DNA of 64,000 nt from an uncultured virus (IMG/VR IMGVR_UViG_3300022660_001620) (Duplodnaviria > Heunggongvirae > Uroviricota > Caudoviricetes), in IMG/VR virus record IMGVR_UViG_3300022660_001620. One strand, written 5' to 3'. Positions within the stretch are counted from its first letter, which is position 1; every line of letters starts with the position of its first letter. The notes beneath the pieces are model-generated. The model did not search any database, was not told where the DNA came from, and saw only the letters and a list, made by a program, of their open reading frames with translations. A program made the translations under genes and the position numbers. Positions 1 to 9,542 of this stretch are shown piece after piece.

Positions 1-56
1 ACGGATGGGAAGTCATTCAGAATAAATATCTGGAGCTTGCCGGAAGTGCCGAGCGT

Positions 57-1010
57 GTGGATATGCGTTCCTATGAAAGACAGGGGCTTGATATTATCCC
101 GACTGTCCACATGGGAGCCGCCGTGTCTGCTCTGGAACGCAAGGGCATTGAAACCAACATCGGCAACCTCAACCGAGATATTAAAGCTGCTAACCGCATG
201 ATGAACGCTATCCGTAGCACCATCAAAAATCTGCGAAACTGGATTGTGGATATTGTGTCTGCGACAAAAGAAGTCATTGAAGAAGCACAGACAGAAAAGA
301 AAAATGCTTCTCCCGACCTCTCCACTCTGCTCCGTGATTATATGAATCTGCGAAAGGCAGAACGCAGCGACTGGTCGAGATACGGACAGCAGAAAGGCAC
401 GACAGATGATTTGAAAGCAGTCTCCAAAGCTCTGATCTATTTGAAAGAACATGAGCTTTTCACTCTGGAAGATTTGGACACCGCCCTGCAAGGCGTGAAC
501 GAAAAAGCCAGAACCATCAATGCCGATATGAAGAAAGCATCTGCCCGAATGAAAGTCATTACCGGCATACAGAACGCCGTGGCAGATTGCCAGACCCACA
601 AGGCAGTCCATGACAAGTATATCAAAATCGGTTGGAAAATCCGACAGGCGGCTTACGCAGAAAGTCACAAGGACGAACTGGACACCTACAAAAAAGCGTT
701 CCGTTATCTCAAAAAACAGGGCGTTGATTTGAATGTAAATCTGGATGCTCTGCAAGCCGAGTATGATAAGCTGCAAGCAACCCATACCGAGCTTGCCGGA
801 CAACTTGCTGCTGTTAAAGAGGAATTACAGCCGATGAAAGATATTCGCTACTGGGTCGGCAAAGTCCTCACGCCGGAACAGTCCGAGGTTGAGAAGAAGC
901 CCGAACCGAAGCACTCCCTCAAAGAACGCTTGCAGTATGAGCAGGCAGAAAGCAAAAAGAAGCAGGAGCAGAAAGCTCCGCAGCACAAAAAACAGAATAT
1001 GGAACTCTAA
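57..1010 (+). CDS. MobA/MobL-family relaxase, C-terminal part (5' end upstream of window)
   Basis: DMRSYERQG..PTVHMG..ALERKGI.T.IG.LNR.I motif; coiled-coil tail ending KKQNMEL. Confidence 0.8.
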   Translation: MDMRSYERQGLDIIPTVHMGAAVSALERKGIETNIGNLNRDIKAANRMMNAIRSTIKNLRNWIVDIVSATKEVIEEAQTEKKNASPDLSTLLRDYMNLRKAERSDWSRYGQQKGTTDDLKAVSKALIYLKEHELFTLEDLDTALQGVNEKARTINADMKKASARMKVITGIQNAVADCQTHKAVHDKYIKIGWKIRQAAYAESHKDELDTYKKAFRYLKKQGVDLNVNLDALQAEYDKLQATHTELAGQLAAVKEELQPMKDIRYWVGKVLTPEQSEVEKKPEPKHSLKERLQYEQAESKKKQEQKAPQHKKQNMEL

Positions 1011-1056
1011 CAGGCACTTGCCGTTTTCTCTTGTGAAAATGTCGAGTGCCTTTTTT
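1011..1056 (+). terminator. Intrinsic terminator-like hairpin
   Basis: AGGCACTTG...TCGAGTGCCT followed by a T run. Confidence 0.5.
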
Positions 1057-1077
1057 GTTTCCCGAAAGGATGATGCA

Positions 1078-1704
1078 ATGAATGTATTTGAAGCAGTAAA
1101 AGGCAATATTACCACCCGACAGGCGGCAGAGATGTACGGCATCCGTGTCAACCGTCACGGCATGGCAGTCTGCCCATTCCACAATGACAAAAATCCGAGC
1201 ATGAAAGTGGATATGCGTTTCCATTGTTTCGCTTGCCAAGCGGACGGAGATGCAGTTGATTTTGTTTCCCGACTGTTCGGACTGCCAAGCAAAGAAGCCG
1301 CCATGAAATTAGCTGATGATTTTGGTATCTACTATGACAGCAGACAGAAGCCATCCGTCAGACCCAAGATAAGAGAACCTACCCCAGAGCAGAGATACCA
1401 ACAGGAAGAAAACCGATGCTACAAGGTGCTGACCGATTACTTTCACTCTCTCCGAGCGTGGAAACAGCAGTACGCACCGAAACAGCCGGAGGATGAATGG
1501 CATCCCCTGTTCGTGGAAGCCCTGCAAAGAGAAAGCTATATTGAATATCTGCTTGATATTCTCCTGTATGGCACTCCCGAAGAAAAGAAAGCTCTGGTTG
1601 CCGAGCAAAGAAAAGAGGTGATGAAACTTGAACAGCGATTTGCAGAACGCACCGCCGAGCATGACCGTGGAAGAAGTCAGAGGAAGTCTGGACTTGACCG
1701 ATAG
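1078..1704 (+). CDS. CHC2 zinc-finger (primase-type) protein
   Basis: CPFHNDKNPS...FHCFAC motif; ATG 1078 after GAAAGGA. Confidence 0.85.
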   Translation: MNVFEAVKGNITTRQAAEMYGIRVNRHGMAVCPFHNDKNPSMKVDMRFHCFACQADGDAVDFVSRLFGLPSKEAAMKLADDFGIYYDSRQKPSVRPKIREPTPEQRYQQEENRCYKVLTDYFHSLRAWKQQYAPKQPEDEWHPLFVEALQRESYIEYLLDILLYGTPEEKKALVAEQRKEVMKLEQRFAERTAEHDRGRSQRKSGLDR

Positions 1705-2989
1705 CGGAGCAATCAAGAACAGCATAAGGAACTGTCTGACCGTCTTTCAGAATGACCCCCATCTGCAAGGTGCTGTCAGGTATAACATTCTCACGGAGCG
1801 TATCGACATTGTGAAGCCCCTTTGGTGGAGCAAGCAGACAGCGACCTTGAACGACACGGATTTGAATTATCTCATGCTCTATCTGGAAGATAAATACGGA
1901 CTGACGAGCGAGAAGAAAATCCAGAAAGCTATCTCCATTGTCGCTGACTGCGATAAGTACCACCCCATCCGTGACTATCTGAACAGTCTGGAATGGGACG
2001 GCACAGAACGCATCCGCTACGCTCTGACCCGTTTTCTCGGTGCGGAGGACAGCGAGTACACTTATCAATGCTTGCGACTGTTCATGTTGGGAGCTATCAG
2101 CAGAGTGTTCAAGCCAGGATGCAAATTTGAAGTCATGCTTTGCCTTGTTGGTGGGCAAGGTGCAGGAAAGTCCACTTTCTTCCGACTGCTTGCAGTAAAA
2201 GACGAATGGTTTTCCGATGACCTAAAGAAGATTGACGATGACAATGTTTACCGCAAGATGCAGGGGCATTGGATAATCGAAATGTCAGAAATGATTGCCA
2301 CAGCCAACGCCAAGAGCATTGAGGATATTAAGTCCTTTATCAGCAGGGCGAAAGAAACCTATAAAGTGCCGTATGAAACCCATCCGGCAGACAGACTTAG
2401 GCAATGCGTGTTCGGCGGTTCGTCAAACACAATGGACTTCCTGCCCCTTGACCGAAGCGGCAACCGCAGGTTCTTGCCCATCATGGTACACCCCGAAAAT
2501 GCCGTGGTTCACATTCTGGAAGATGAAGCTGCATCCAGAGCGTTCATTGACCTTATGTGGGCAGAAGCCATGTTTATCTATCACAATTTCCCTGTAAAGC
2601 TGACCTTATCAAAGGATATGGACAAGGAACTGAAAGAACTGCAAAAGCAGTTCATGCCGGAGGACACCAAGGCAGGACTGATACAGTCTTTTCTTGATAA
2701 TTTTGGCGGCACACAGGTCTGCTCCAAGCTGATCTATGCAGAAGCTCTGAACCATCCCTTTGACGAGCCAAAACAATGGGAAATCCGAGAAATCAACGAG
2801 ATAATGAACAACAGCATTGAGGGATGGACACCGTTTTCCAATCCCCGTATCTTTGCCAAGTACGGCAGACAGCGAGGATGGGAACGCATACCGTCCGGCA
2901 ACGAGCTATCGGCAACAAGCCCAAATCTGCCAGACGGTTTTCGGGAACTGACCGAGGAAGAAGCCCGACAGATGGAACTTCCATTCTGA
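1628..2989 (+). CDS. Virulence-associated E (VirE/VapE) family P-loop helicase
   Basis: HPIRDYL, PGCKF, Walker A GGQGAGKST, RRFLP. Confidence 0.85.
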   Translation: MNSDLQNAPPSMTVEEVRGSLDLTDSGAIKNSIRNCLTVFQNDPHLQGAVRYNILTERIDIVKPLWWSKQTATLNDTDLNYLMLYLEDKYGLTSEKKIQKAISIVADCDKYHPIRDYLNSLEWDGTERIRYALTRFLGAEDSEYTYQCLRLFMLGAISRVFKPGCKFEVMLCLVGGQGAGKSTFFRLLAVKDEWFSDDLKKIDDDNVYRKMQGHWIIEMSEMIATANAKSIEDIKSFISRAKETYKVPYETHPADRLRQCVFGGSSNTMDFLPLDRSGNRRFLPIMVHPENAVVHILEDEAASRAFIDLMWAEAMFIYHNFPVKLTLSKDMDKELKELQKQFMPEDTKAGLIQSFLDNFGGTQVCSKLIYAEALNHPFDEPKQWEIREINEIMNNSIEGWTPFSNPRIFAKYGRQRGWERIPSGNELSATSPNLPDGFRELTEEEARQMELPF

Positions 2990-3198
2990 AAAACTGACCG
3001 TGTTGCCGAGCCAGTTGCTATCCCGTTGCCGACCCCGTTGCAGGGCTAATCCCTTAAAACCCCTTTATTTACAAGGAGTTTTCTTCTCCGGCAACGAAAG
3101 CAACGGAGAAATCAAAGAAAAAAGTAAAAATAGTATAAGAGCCAGATAGGACTATGTTCGAGGTTTTTTGAAGCCCGTTGCCGGACTTCGTTGCCGAC
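2897..3198. repeat. GTTGC(C)/GGCAAC direct and inverted repeats, putative replication origin of the element
   Basis: About ten GTTGC/GCAAC copies in the virE 3' end and downstream, around an A-rich tract at ~3105-3140. Confidence 0.5.
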
Positions 3199-3241
3199 CC
3201 TCACACCCTGTCTGGCTTTTTTCATTTCAAGGAGGTATTCA

Positions 3242-3427
3242 ATGGCAAAAACAAAGAACACAGCACCCACAACCACCGAGCAGACCGCACCCATGATTGT
3301 CAGAAAGATTGGAAAGACCACCTACATGGTAGGCATCCATTTCAGCCAGACGAGCAAGGAAACAATGGACGATAAGGTGCTGCGCCTTATCAAAAACGAC
3401 ATTCGCAACGCCGCCATGTGCGGATAA
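3242..3427 (+). CDS. tnpW: Transposon-encoded TnpW family protein
   Basis: RKIGKTTYMVGIHFSQTSKETMDDKVLRLI signature; AAGGAGG RBS. Confidence 0.8.
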   Translation: MAKTKNTAPTTTEQTAPMIVRKIGKTTYMVGIHFSQTSKETMDDKVLRLIKNDIRNAAMCG

Positions 3428-3506
3428 AACCACCATCAAGGCAGGATGTGCGTTGTTCATAAAATGTTTGCAAATAAAATGCACATTCTGTCTTGACGAA
3501 ACGCTT

Positions 3507-4445
3507 CCGAAGGGCAGCATTGTCATCGAATGTGGTAATGCCTTGCTGAAGCATGGCTATAACATCAAGATTTTTAACACCATCAACTTCAAAAAGTCGA
3601 TGCACTATAACCCCTTCGCCTATATCCATTCGGAAAAAGACATTCTGAAACTGGTGACTACGCTGATTGCCAACACCAAGGGCGACGGAAAAGCCGGTGA
3701 CGAGTTCTGGACGAAAGCAGAGACTTTGCTCTACTGTGCCTTGATTGGCTATATCCATTACGAAGCTCCGGTGGAGGAACAGAACTTCTCCACTCTGATC
3801 GAGTTCTTAAACGCAATGGAGGTGCGTGAGGACGATGAGGAGTTCCAGAATCCTGTGGACTTGATGTTTGAAGCTCTGGAAAAGAAAAAGCCAAATCACT
3901 TCGCAGTTCGTCAGTATAAGAAATACAAGCTGGCTGCCGGCAAGACAGCCAAAAGTATTCTGATTTCCTGCGGTGCAAGACTGGCTCCCTTCGATATTCA
4001 GGAAGTCAGAGATGTTACTGCCTATGATGAATTGCAGTTGGATACTCTGGGAGACAAGAAAACAGCACTGTTCCTGATTATGTCGGATACAGATGCGACC
4101 TTTAATTTCTTGATTTCCATGATTTATACCCAGCTTTTCAATCTGCTTTGCGAAAAGGCAGATGATGTGTATGGTGGCAGATTACCGGTTCATGTGCGAT
4201 GCCTGATCGACGAAGCGGCAAATATTGGACAGATCCCGAACCTGGAGAAACTGGTTGCCACTATCCGAAGCCGTGAGATTTCAGCTTGTCTGGTGCTTCA
4301 GGCACAGTCGCAGCTGAAAGCCATTTACAAGGACAACGCTGATACCATCATCGGTAATATGGACTCCCGTATTTTCCTCGGTGGTTCTGAGCCGACTACT
4401 CTGAAAGAGTTGAACCAGTCGCTTGGTAAGGAAACCATCGACACC
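3507..4445 (+). pseudogene. virD4: Internal fragment of a VirD4/TraG coupling protein, interrupted at both ends
   Basis: (D)PKG...SMHYNPF, LIDEAANIG, IRSREIS, LQAQSQL, LGKETIDT then unrelated WKKSGRI*; no N-terminal membrane part or Walker A. Confidence 0.8.
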
Positions 4446-4623
4446 TGGAAGAAATCTGGACGGATATGAAAGATGTTCTTGTCCATTTGGCATCTCTCCA
4501 GTAATCCCCGACAACTTGTCGGGAAGTCGCAGTTTCGACTGCGACTTTTACATACCACTTGACATCATTGTGTGTTTTCACACGATAAGGTACAATATAA
4601 GTGAAAGAAAGGAGCTGACCCTT

Positions 4624-4911
4624 ATGATGAAAATGGTATTGAAAGTATTCGCACTCCCTGTGCTTCTCGTAACAAAAATTGTATGTATCCTTGGCAATCT
4701 GCTCACCAATATATCCTCCTATGTGATTGGACTGTTGCTTCTGGTTCTCGCTGGCTGTGCGATTTTCTGCGTGGTCAAAGCCATGTGGGAATCCCTGGCT
4801 ATCCTTGCGGTCATGGGTGTTACTGCAATCGCAGTAATCTTTCTCTTGATGTGGGTTGTAGTTAAGGCAGAGACCTTCAGTGATTTTCTTGGAGATTTCC
4901 TCCACTCGTAA
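4624..4911 (+). CDS. CD1845-like small membrane protein
   Basis: MKMVLKVFALPVLL..., hydrophobic, upstream of relaxase; AAGGAG RBS. Confidence 0.6.
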   Translation: MMKMVLKVFALPVLLVTKIVCILGNLLTNISSYVIGLLLLVLAGCAIFCVVKAMWESLAILAVMGVTAIAVIFLLMWVVVKAETFSDFLGDFLHS

Positions 4912-4930
4912 AACTGAATATGAAATATCA

Positions 4931-4960
4931 GAGAAGTCACCGTTCGGTGACTTTTTCTTT
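4931..4960 (+). terminator. Terminator-like hairpin
   Basis: GAAGTCACC-GTTC-GGTGACTTT followed by T run. Confidence 0.55.
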
Positions 4961-4980
4961 TGGAAAGGATGTGATGGGAT

Positions 4981-6375
4981 ATGGCTGCAACCCGATTGAT
5001 TGCTCTCCATGTGAACAAGGGAAAAACGGTCGCTCAGTGTCTGGCTGATCGAACCGACTATTCGCAGAATGCGGCAAAGACTAATGATGGTGAGTTCATA
5101 AGTTCATTTGAGTGCGATCCCAAAACCGCTGATGAAGAATTTCTTCTTTCAAAAAGGCAGTACCAACACAAAACTGGCAGGCAGCAGAAAAACGATACAA
5201 TCGCCTACCAGATTCGCCAGTCTTTCAAACCCGGCGAAGTTACACCGGAGGAAGCAAACCAAGTCGGATATGAAACGGCAATGCGCTGGACAAAGGGTAA
5301 ACACGCTTTTATCGTGGCAACCCATATCGACAAGGCTCATATACACAACCACATCATTTATAACTCAACGACGGTTGATGGTTCCCGGAAGTTTGATAAC
5401 TTCTTCCTGTCTGGGCTTGCAGTTCAGAAACTCAGTGACCGTGTTTGTGCAGAGCATGGACTTTCCATCATCACGCCCAAGCCCTATCGTGAAAGAGTTA
5501 AGCGAACAGACTATCCCAAGCGGCGCAGTCAGCGTGATGATCTGTGCGAAGCTATCGACAATGTTCTGAAAGAAAAACCAAAGGATTTCGCAGAGTTTTT
5601 GCAATCCCTCTCTGCTATGGGCTATGAGTTCAAGGACGGTAAGCAACCGGCGTTCAAGGGAAAAGGACAGAAACGATTTATCCGTCTGCGCTCCCTGGGC
5701 GACGGTTACAGTAAAGAAGAACTTCGTGCAGTGATCTCTGGTAAGAGTCTGCATAAGACAAATTTCCGCAAAGCGCAGCCGAAACAGTTCAACTTGCTCA
5801 TTGACATCGAATCCAAAGTGGCTGAAGGAAAATCTGTCGGCTACGAAAAATGGGCAAAGAAGTTCAATCGAAAAGAAGCTGCCCGTACCGTATGCCTTTT
5901 GAAAGAAAAAGGCATTGGGAATTACGAGGATCTGGTTGCCCTGACAGATAAATTATCTTCCCGCTTTTCGGAGCTTTCTGATTCTATCAAGGACTCAGAA
6001 AAAAGAGTTATTCAGCTTCAGGCGTTGTTGGAACACATGGACAATTATTCCGCAACAAGACAAACCTATGTGGAATACCGCAAAGCCGGTTACAGCAAAA
6101 AGTTTTTCGAGGAGCATCGTCAGGAGATTACACTTCACAAGGCCGCAAAGAAAGCCTTTGATGAATTAAATCTGACGAAGCTCCCACTCCGCAAATCGGT
6201 GTATGAGGAAATTCATCAGCTGACAGTCCAAAAGAAAAAGGACTACGCAGAATACCGTCAGGTCAAGAAAGATATGCAGGAATATCTGATTGCCAAGAAA
6301 ACTGTCGAGACGATTCTGAACATCGACAAAAAGAAAGAGCAGGAAAAAGAACAAGAAAAGAAAACTGTTCGATAA
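4981..6375 (+). CDS. Relaxase/mobilisation nuclease (MOBP-type)
   Basis: MAATRLIALH, AYQIRQSFKPGE, HUH motif HIDKAHIHNHII. Confidence 0.9.
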   Translation: MAATRLIALHVNKGKTVAQCLADRTDYSQNAAKTNDGEFISSFECDPKTADEEFLLSKRQYQHKTGRQQKNDTIAYQIRQSFKPGEVTPEEANQVGYETAMRWTKGKHAFIVATHIDKAHIHNHIIYNSTTVDGSRKFDNFFLSGLAVQKLSDRVCAEHGLSIITPKPYRERVKRTDYPKRRSQRDDLCEAIDNVLKEKPKDFAEFLQSLSAMGYEFKDGKQPAFKGKGQKRFIRLRSLGDGYSKEELRAVISGKSLHKTNFRKAQPKQFNLLIDIESKVAEGKSVGYEKWAKKFNRKEAARTVCLLKEKGIGNYEDLVALTDKLSSRFSELSDSIKDSEKRVIQLQALLEHMDNYSATRQTYVEYRKAGYSKKFFEEHRQEITLHKAAKKAFDELNLTKLPLRKSVYEEIHQLTVQKKKDYAEYRQVKKDMQEYLIAKKTVETILNIDKKKEQEKEQEKKTVR

Positions 6376-6431
6376 AGAAATTGCCGTCGTTATTTCTCCA
6401 TCTGGAGCGATAGCGGCGACAGTCTTTTTTT
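6376..6431. terminator. Bidirectional terminator-like hairpin between convergent genes
   Basis: TTGCCGTCGTTAT...ATAGCGGCGACAG flanked by A and T runs. Confidence 0.45.
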
Positions 6432-7101
6432 ATTCGTACCTTGGCGGACAATAGAAAATCAGTAAGTCCAACTCAATTTCTTCTGGGTTATCTTTGTTTT
6501 CTCGTCGATCAATGTCGATGTAATAATCGCCAAAAGTAAAAGCGGTGATATTTTCTTCAAACAGTCGAAATTCAAGCGTTTCAAAATTGATAACTCCGAT
6601 TCCATAAGGCTCATCCCATGCTTCGTTCATAATTGTAGTTAAGCAATCTTGGCAGAGCATAGACTCTATGCTATTTTTGTCTACAGAATCATTGGATTTG
6701 AGATAAACATGAACATCAGCATATCCTCGGTCTGGATTAGCATTAACGCTGGTTGAGATTCCATCTTCACCGAAACTGTTATGTGTTATGCTCATGTGTC
6801 CTGCGGCTTCTTCAATCAAGTTTCCATAGTCATCGTAGCGGTTAATCGCTACCGGAGACATGTCGAAGTTGTTGATGCAGATGATACCGACATTGTTTTG
6901 TCCTGCATAAGCAGGTAAGAGTGTTTTTCCTTGCTTGCTGCATAGCCAGCAGTTCTCTTTTTCAATCTTGGATGTGTAAATCACTTCCTCTTTTTCTTCT
7001 GCATCGTATTTTACTTGAGTGCCGGAGTCAGGAAGTTCCGATTTAGAGCATCCGGTTAGAGCCAATAGTAAGCAAAATAAAAAAATGAGTTTTCTTTTCA
7101 T
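6430..7101 (-). CDS. Lipoprotein of unknown function
   Basis: MKRKLIFLFCLLLALTGC lipobox; two CxxC motifs. Confidence 0.75.
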   Translation of the reverse strand: MKRKLIFLFCLLLALTGCSKSELPDSGTQVKYDAEEKEEVIYTSKIEKENCWLCSKQGKTLLPAYAGQNNVGIICINNFDMSPVAINRYDDYGNLIEEAAGHMSITHNSFGEDGISTSVNANPDRGYADVHVYLKSNDSVDKNSIESMLCQDCLTTIMNEAWDEPYGIGVINFETLEFRLFEENITAFTFGDYYIDIDRRENKDNPEEIELDLLIFYCPPRYE

Positions 7102-7120
7102 AAGGATTCCTCGCATGAGT

Positions 7121-7585
7121 TTATTTTGCCAGATTGATAATCTGTAAGCCTTTCTTTTCAGCATAACGCAAGGTAGTATAGGCTCCACCAAAATCTCTAT
7201 AAACAAATGCCACTAACCAATCGCTTTTCTCAACCATCCAACGGTTTCTCTTTCCAATAGCAGATTTGTAATGGACACCGGCAAGCTCGATAGGAACAAC
7301 TATATCATCATAGCTCGCTTCATAGAAATCTTTATTATCATTAAGTTCTTGTGTGAGATACGGCAAGACAATCTCTAAGCTGATCTGTTTGTTAGGAAAA
7401 TTCTTCTTGGCTTTGCGTACTGCGGAAGAACACATACCGTCAAAATCACCCATCCCTCCAACAAGGAATCTGAAGCTGTCATCGCATTCGATAATTTTTG
7501 AAATAGCTTCGTCCAAGCTGTCAGAAATATTTGTTTGATATACTTCTCTGTGACCGGCAAAAGTACATACCGTCACATTTCTCAC
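7121..7585 (-). CDS. SLOG-superfamily (DUF1273/YspA-like) protein
   Basis: CTFAGHR, GGMGDFD, RNRWMVEKSD, GGAYTT. Confidence 0.75.
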   Translation of the reverse strand: MRNVTVCTFAGHREVYQTNISDSLDEAISKIIECDDSFRFLVGGMGDFDGMCSSAVRKAKKNFPNKQISLEIVLPYLTQELNDNKDFYEASYDDIVVPIELAGVHYKSAIGKRNRWMVEKSDWLVAFVYRDFGGAYTTLRYAEKKGLQIINLAK

Positions 7586-7693
7586 ACCCTTAATGTTTAT
7601 TTTCTTGGCTGTTATATAACTTTTACAGTCACATTATCAATTAAAATAATAACGAGTATACTCGTGTAGCCGACACCTTTAGTGTCGTTCAAA

Positions 7694-7795
7694 GGGGATT
7701 GGGGATGCTGCCCCAACAAGCAAATTTTCACGATTACCTCGAATGAGATAATCGTGAAAATAGGGGAAGTGGTACCACTTCCCACTGCTTGCCAA
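7694..7795 (+). other. Putative oriT: three inverted repeats followed by a GCTTG^CCA nic-like site
   Basis: TTGGGG..CCCCAA; 13-bp IR ATTTTCACGATTA/TAATCGTGAAAAT; perfect 20-bp palindrome GGGAAGTGGTACCACTTCCC 7764-7783; GCTTGCCA 7787-7794 resembles pC221-type MOBP nic. Confidence 0.6.
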
Positions 7796-7801
7796 TTTGT
7801 G

Positions 7802-8278
7802 TTAGAGAAGAAAAAGCAATGCTCCTAATATTATGCCTGCGCATCCTAAAACTCCACCAAGGAAAGAGGATTTATATGTAATGCCGCCCAGTTTATCTAT
7901 CGTGATTTCAAAAAAGATGTATGCAAATAGCGGTATTATCATTACTTGCAATCCAAGCATAGATAATAATTTATTGCCAAAACCCCATGTGGAATAATTA
8001 TTAGCCAAATCGTTAAGTAAGAAAAGTAGATAATTTGCCGCAACTATTGATCGTAATAAATTCCAACCTGTGAACCAATATACGAGACGCTTAGAATACT
8101 TTTTTATGATTGGCAAAACCTCAATCAATATTACTAACAAAAAGAAAGCATATATTCCGGCTTTTATTGCAAACCAATTCTGAGTAATCCACAGAGTTGC
8201 GCTAAGTGCAAGTGAATCCGCACACAAAGATATTACAAAAAACAAAATAAATAATAATTCAAAAGATATGATGATCAT
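7802..8278 (-). CDS. Multi-pass membrane protein
   Basis: About five hydrophobic segments; last gene of the AT-rich operon. Confidence 0.65.
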   Translation of the reverse strand: MIIISFELLFILFFVISLCADSLALSATLWITQNWFAIKAGIYAFFLLVILIEVLPIIKKYSKRLVYWFTGWNLLRSIVAANYLLFLLNDLANNYSTWGFGNKLLSMLGLQVMIIPLFAYIFFEITIDKLGGITYKSSFLGGVLGCAGIILGALLFLL

Positions 8279-8299
8279 TTCTTCTTACCTGTCATATAA

Positions 8300-9418
8300 T
8301 TAATCATTGTTATCTAATAAGAGATTTTTAAGGTTGTTATTTACAAGAATATCACTATTAAAAAGGATTTTGCTCAGGCTAAAAATGAGCTGAGCTTGTT
8401 TTCTTAATCCCATTTCTCGAAATGTTCGTGACATTGAGATAATTGATTTTATTTTTGCTTTATCAAAATCTTCTAAAGTTTTGGCATCTGAGGAAGTAAC
8501 AATATCATAAATATTTTCGATCAATTCTTCACGTTCGTCTACAGACATTGCTTTAATCCACGAGTTAATAATTTTTTCAAACTGCTTTCCAGAAAGAGTT
8601 CTGGAATTATCATAAACAAAATGTTTACCAGAAACTATCCATGAAAATGGATTATGTTGTAAAAGAGACGGACTGGAACTGCGTATAATTGTATAAGTAT
8701 CATGTTCCATTAGAACACCTACAATAGATGATTCTGGGACAAAAGATTGTATTTTCATTCTAATGTCAAGATAGTAATCTGCATTCAAAAAATTTTCATT
8801 AAAACCAGGTGCATCATTGCTAAAAATGTTTATGATACGCTTTTTATGTTCAGAGGAGAGATGTGCGCTTGCCCAAATGGACAAATTACCACCTTTGGAA
8901 TGACCGCCTAAACGTAATGGAAGGTCAATTTCTTGAGCAATCGACTCAACATATTTTGCGGCTTCAAGCTGAGACGGAATACCATCAATAAAACACATAT
9001 TGAGGTCTTCTTTCCATCCAACCAAGGTATTATCTGTCCCTCTGTATGATATAAATGCTGTTGTATCTTGAAGTATAAATGTAACAGCTGCGAATTGTAT
9101 TTCTAATTTCTCATCTGTAATGTCAACAAATTTAAACACTCCCATATCTCTGTAACGTTCAGCGGTTGCAGCTTTATTGGCTAAGGCTACAACATCTTCC
9201 ATTATAATTCCTGGACCATCAAATTTTTGTTCGTCAGGCATTGAATTTATTTTTTCTACAGCATCTCTAAAGAATATAATCTCATCCTTTACACATGAAA
9301 AATCCAGATATGCAAATATGGAAAGTATTAGTGCATCAATTTCGTTAAATGCACTCTGCTGAAAAGATAAGTCCCCTCGCCACTCTATATAATCAAAAAC
9401 ATCAGATTTTTTTCCCAT
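8300..9418 (-). CDS. DUF2974 (Mbeg1-like) alpha/beta-hydrolase/lipase
   Basis: YRGTD..LVGWKED, GHSKGGN, DAPGF, QHNPFSW. Confidence 0.85.
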   Translation of the reverse strand: MGKKSDVFDYIEWRGDLSFQQSAFNEIDALILSIFAYLDFSCVKDEIIFFRDAVEKINSMPDEQKFDGPGIIMEDVVALANKAATAERYRDMGVFKFVDITDEKLEIQFAAVTFILQDTTAFISYRGTDNTLVGWKEDLNMCFIDGIPSQLEAAKYVESIAQEIDLPLRLGGHSKGGNLSIWASAHLSSEHKKRIINIFSNDAPGFNENFLNADYYLDIRMKIQSFVPESSIVGVLMEHDTYTIIRSSSPSLLQHNPFSWIVSGKHFVYDNSRTLSGKQFEKIINSWIKAMSVDEREELIENIYDIVTSSDAKTLEDFDKAKIKSIISMSRTFREMGLRKQAQLIFSLSKILFNSDILVNNNLKNLLLDNND

Positions 9419-9446
9419 TTACGCTCCTTTGTGCAAGTTAGAAGGA

Positions 9447-9542
9447 TTAGTTGTTATGATGAATAAACAATGTAATAAGACCGGCAATGATTGCCAATAC
9501 CATGCCGATGCTTCCTATGACTTTCCATTTGGACTTATTCAT
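9447..9542 (-). CDS. 31-aa single-TM peptide (not in the ORF track)
   Basis: MNKSKWKVIGSIGMVLAIIAGLITLFIHHNN*; GGAGGAG RBS; start overlaps the patatin 3' end. Confidence 0.6.
   Translation of the reverse strand: MNKSKWKVIGSIGMVLAIIAGLITLFIHHNN

Larger units (their letters stand above)
1..3506 (+). mobile_element. Right part of an integrative mobilisable element (MobA/MobL, CHC2 zinc finger, VirE, TnpW) inserted in virD4
   Basis: Typical gene order; virD4 homology resumes abruptly at 3507 (CCG AAG GGC = PKG of the conserved DPKG motif). Left end is outside the window. Confidence 0.7.

Noticed and set aside
3453..4469. Intact 338-aa traG gene
   Set aside because: First 18 and last 7 residues are non-homologous junction sequence; no Walker A or membrane anchor.
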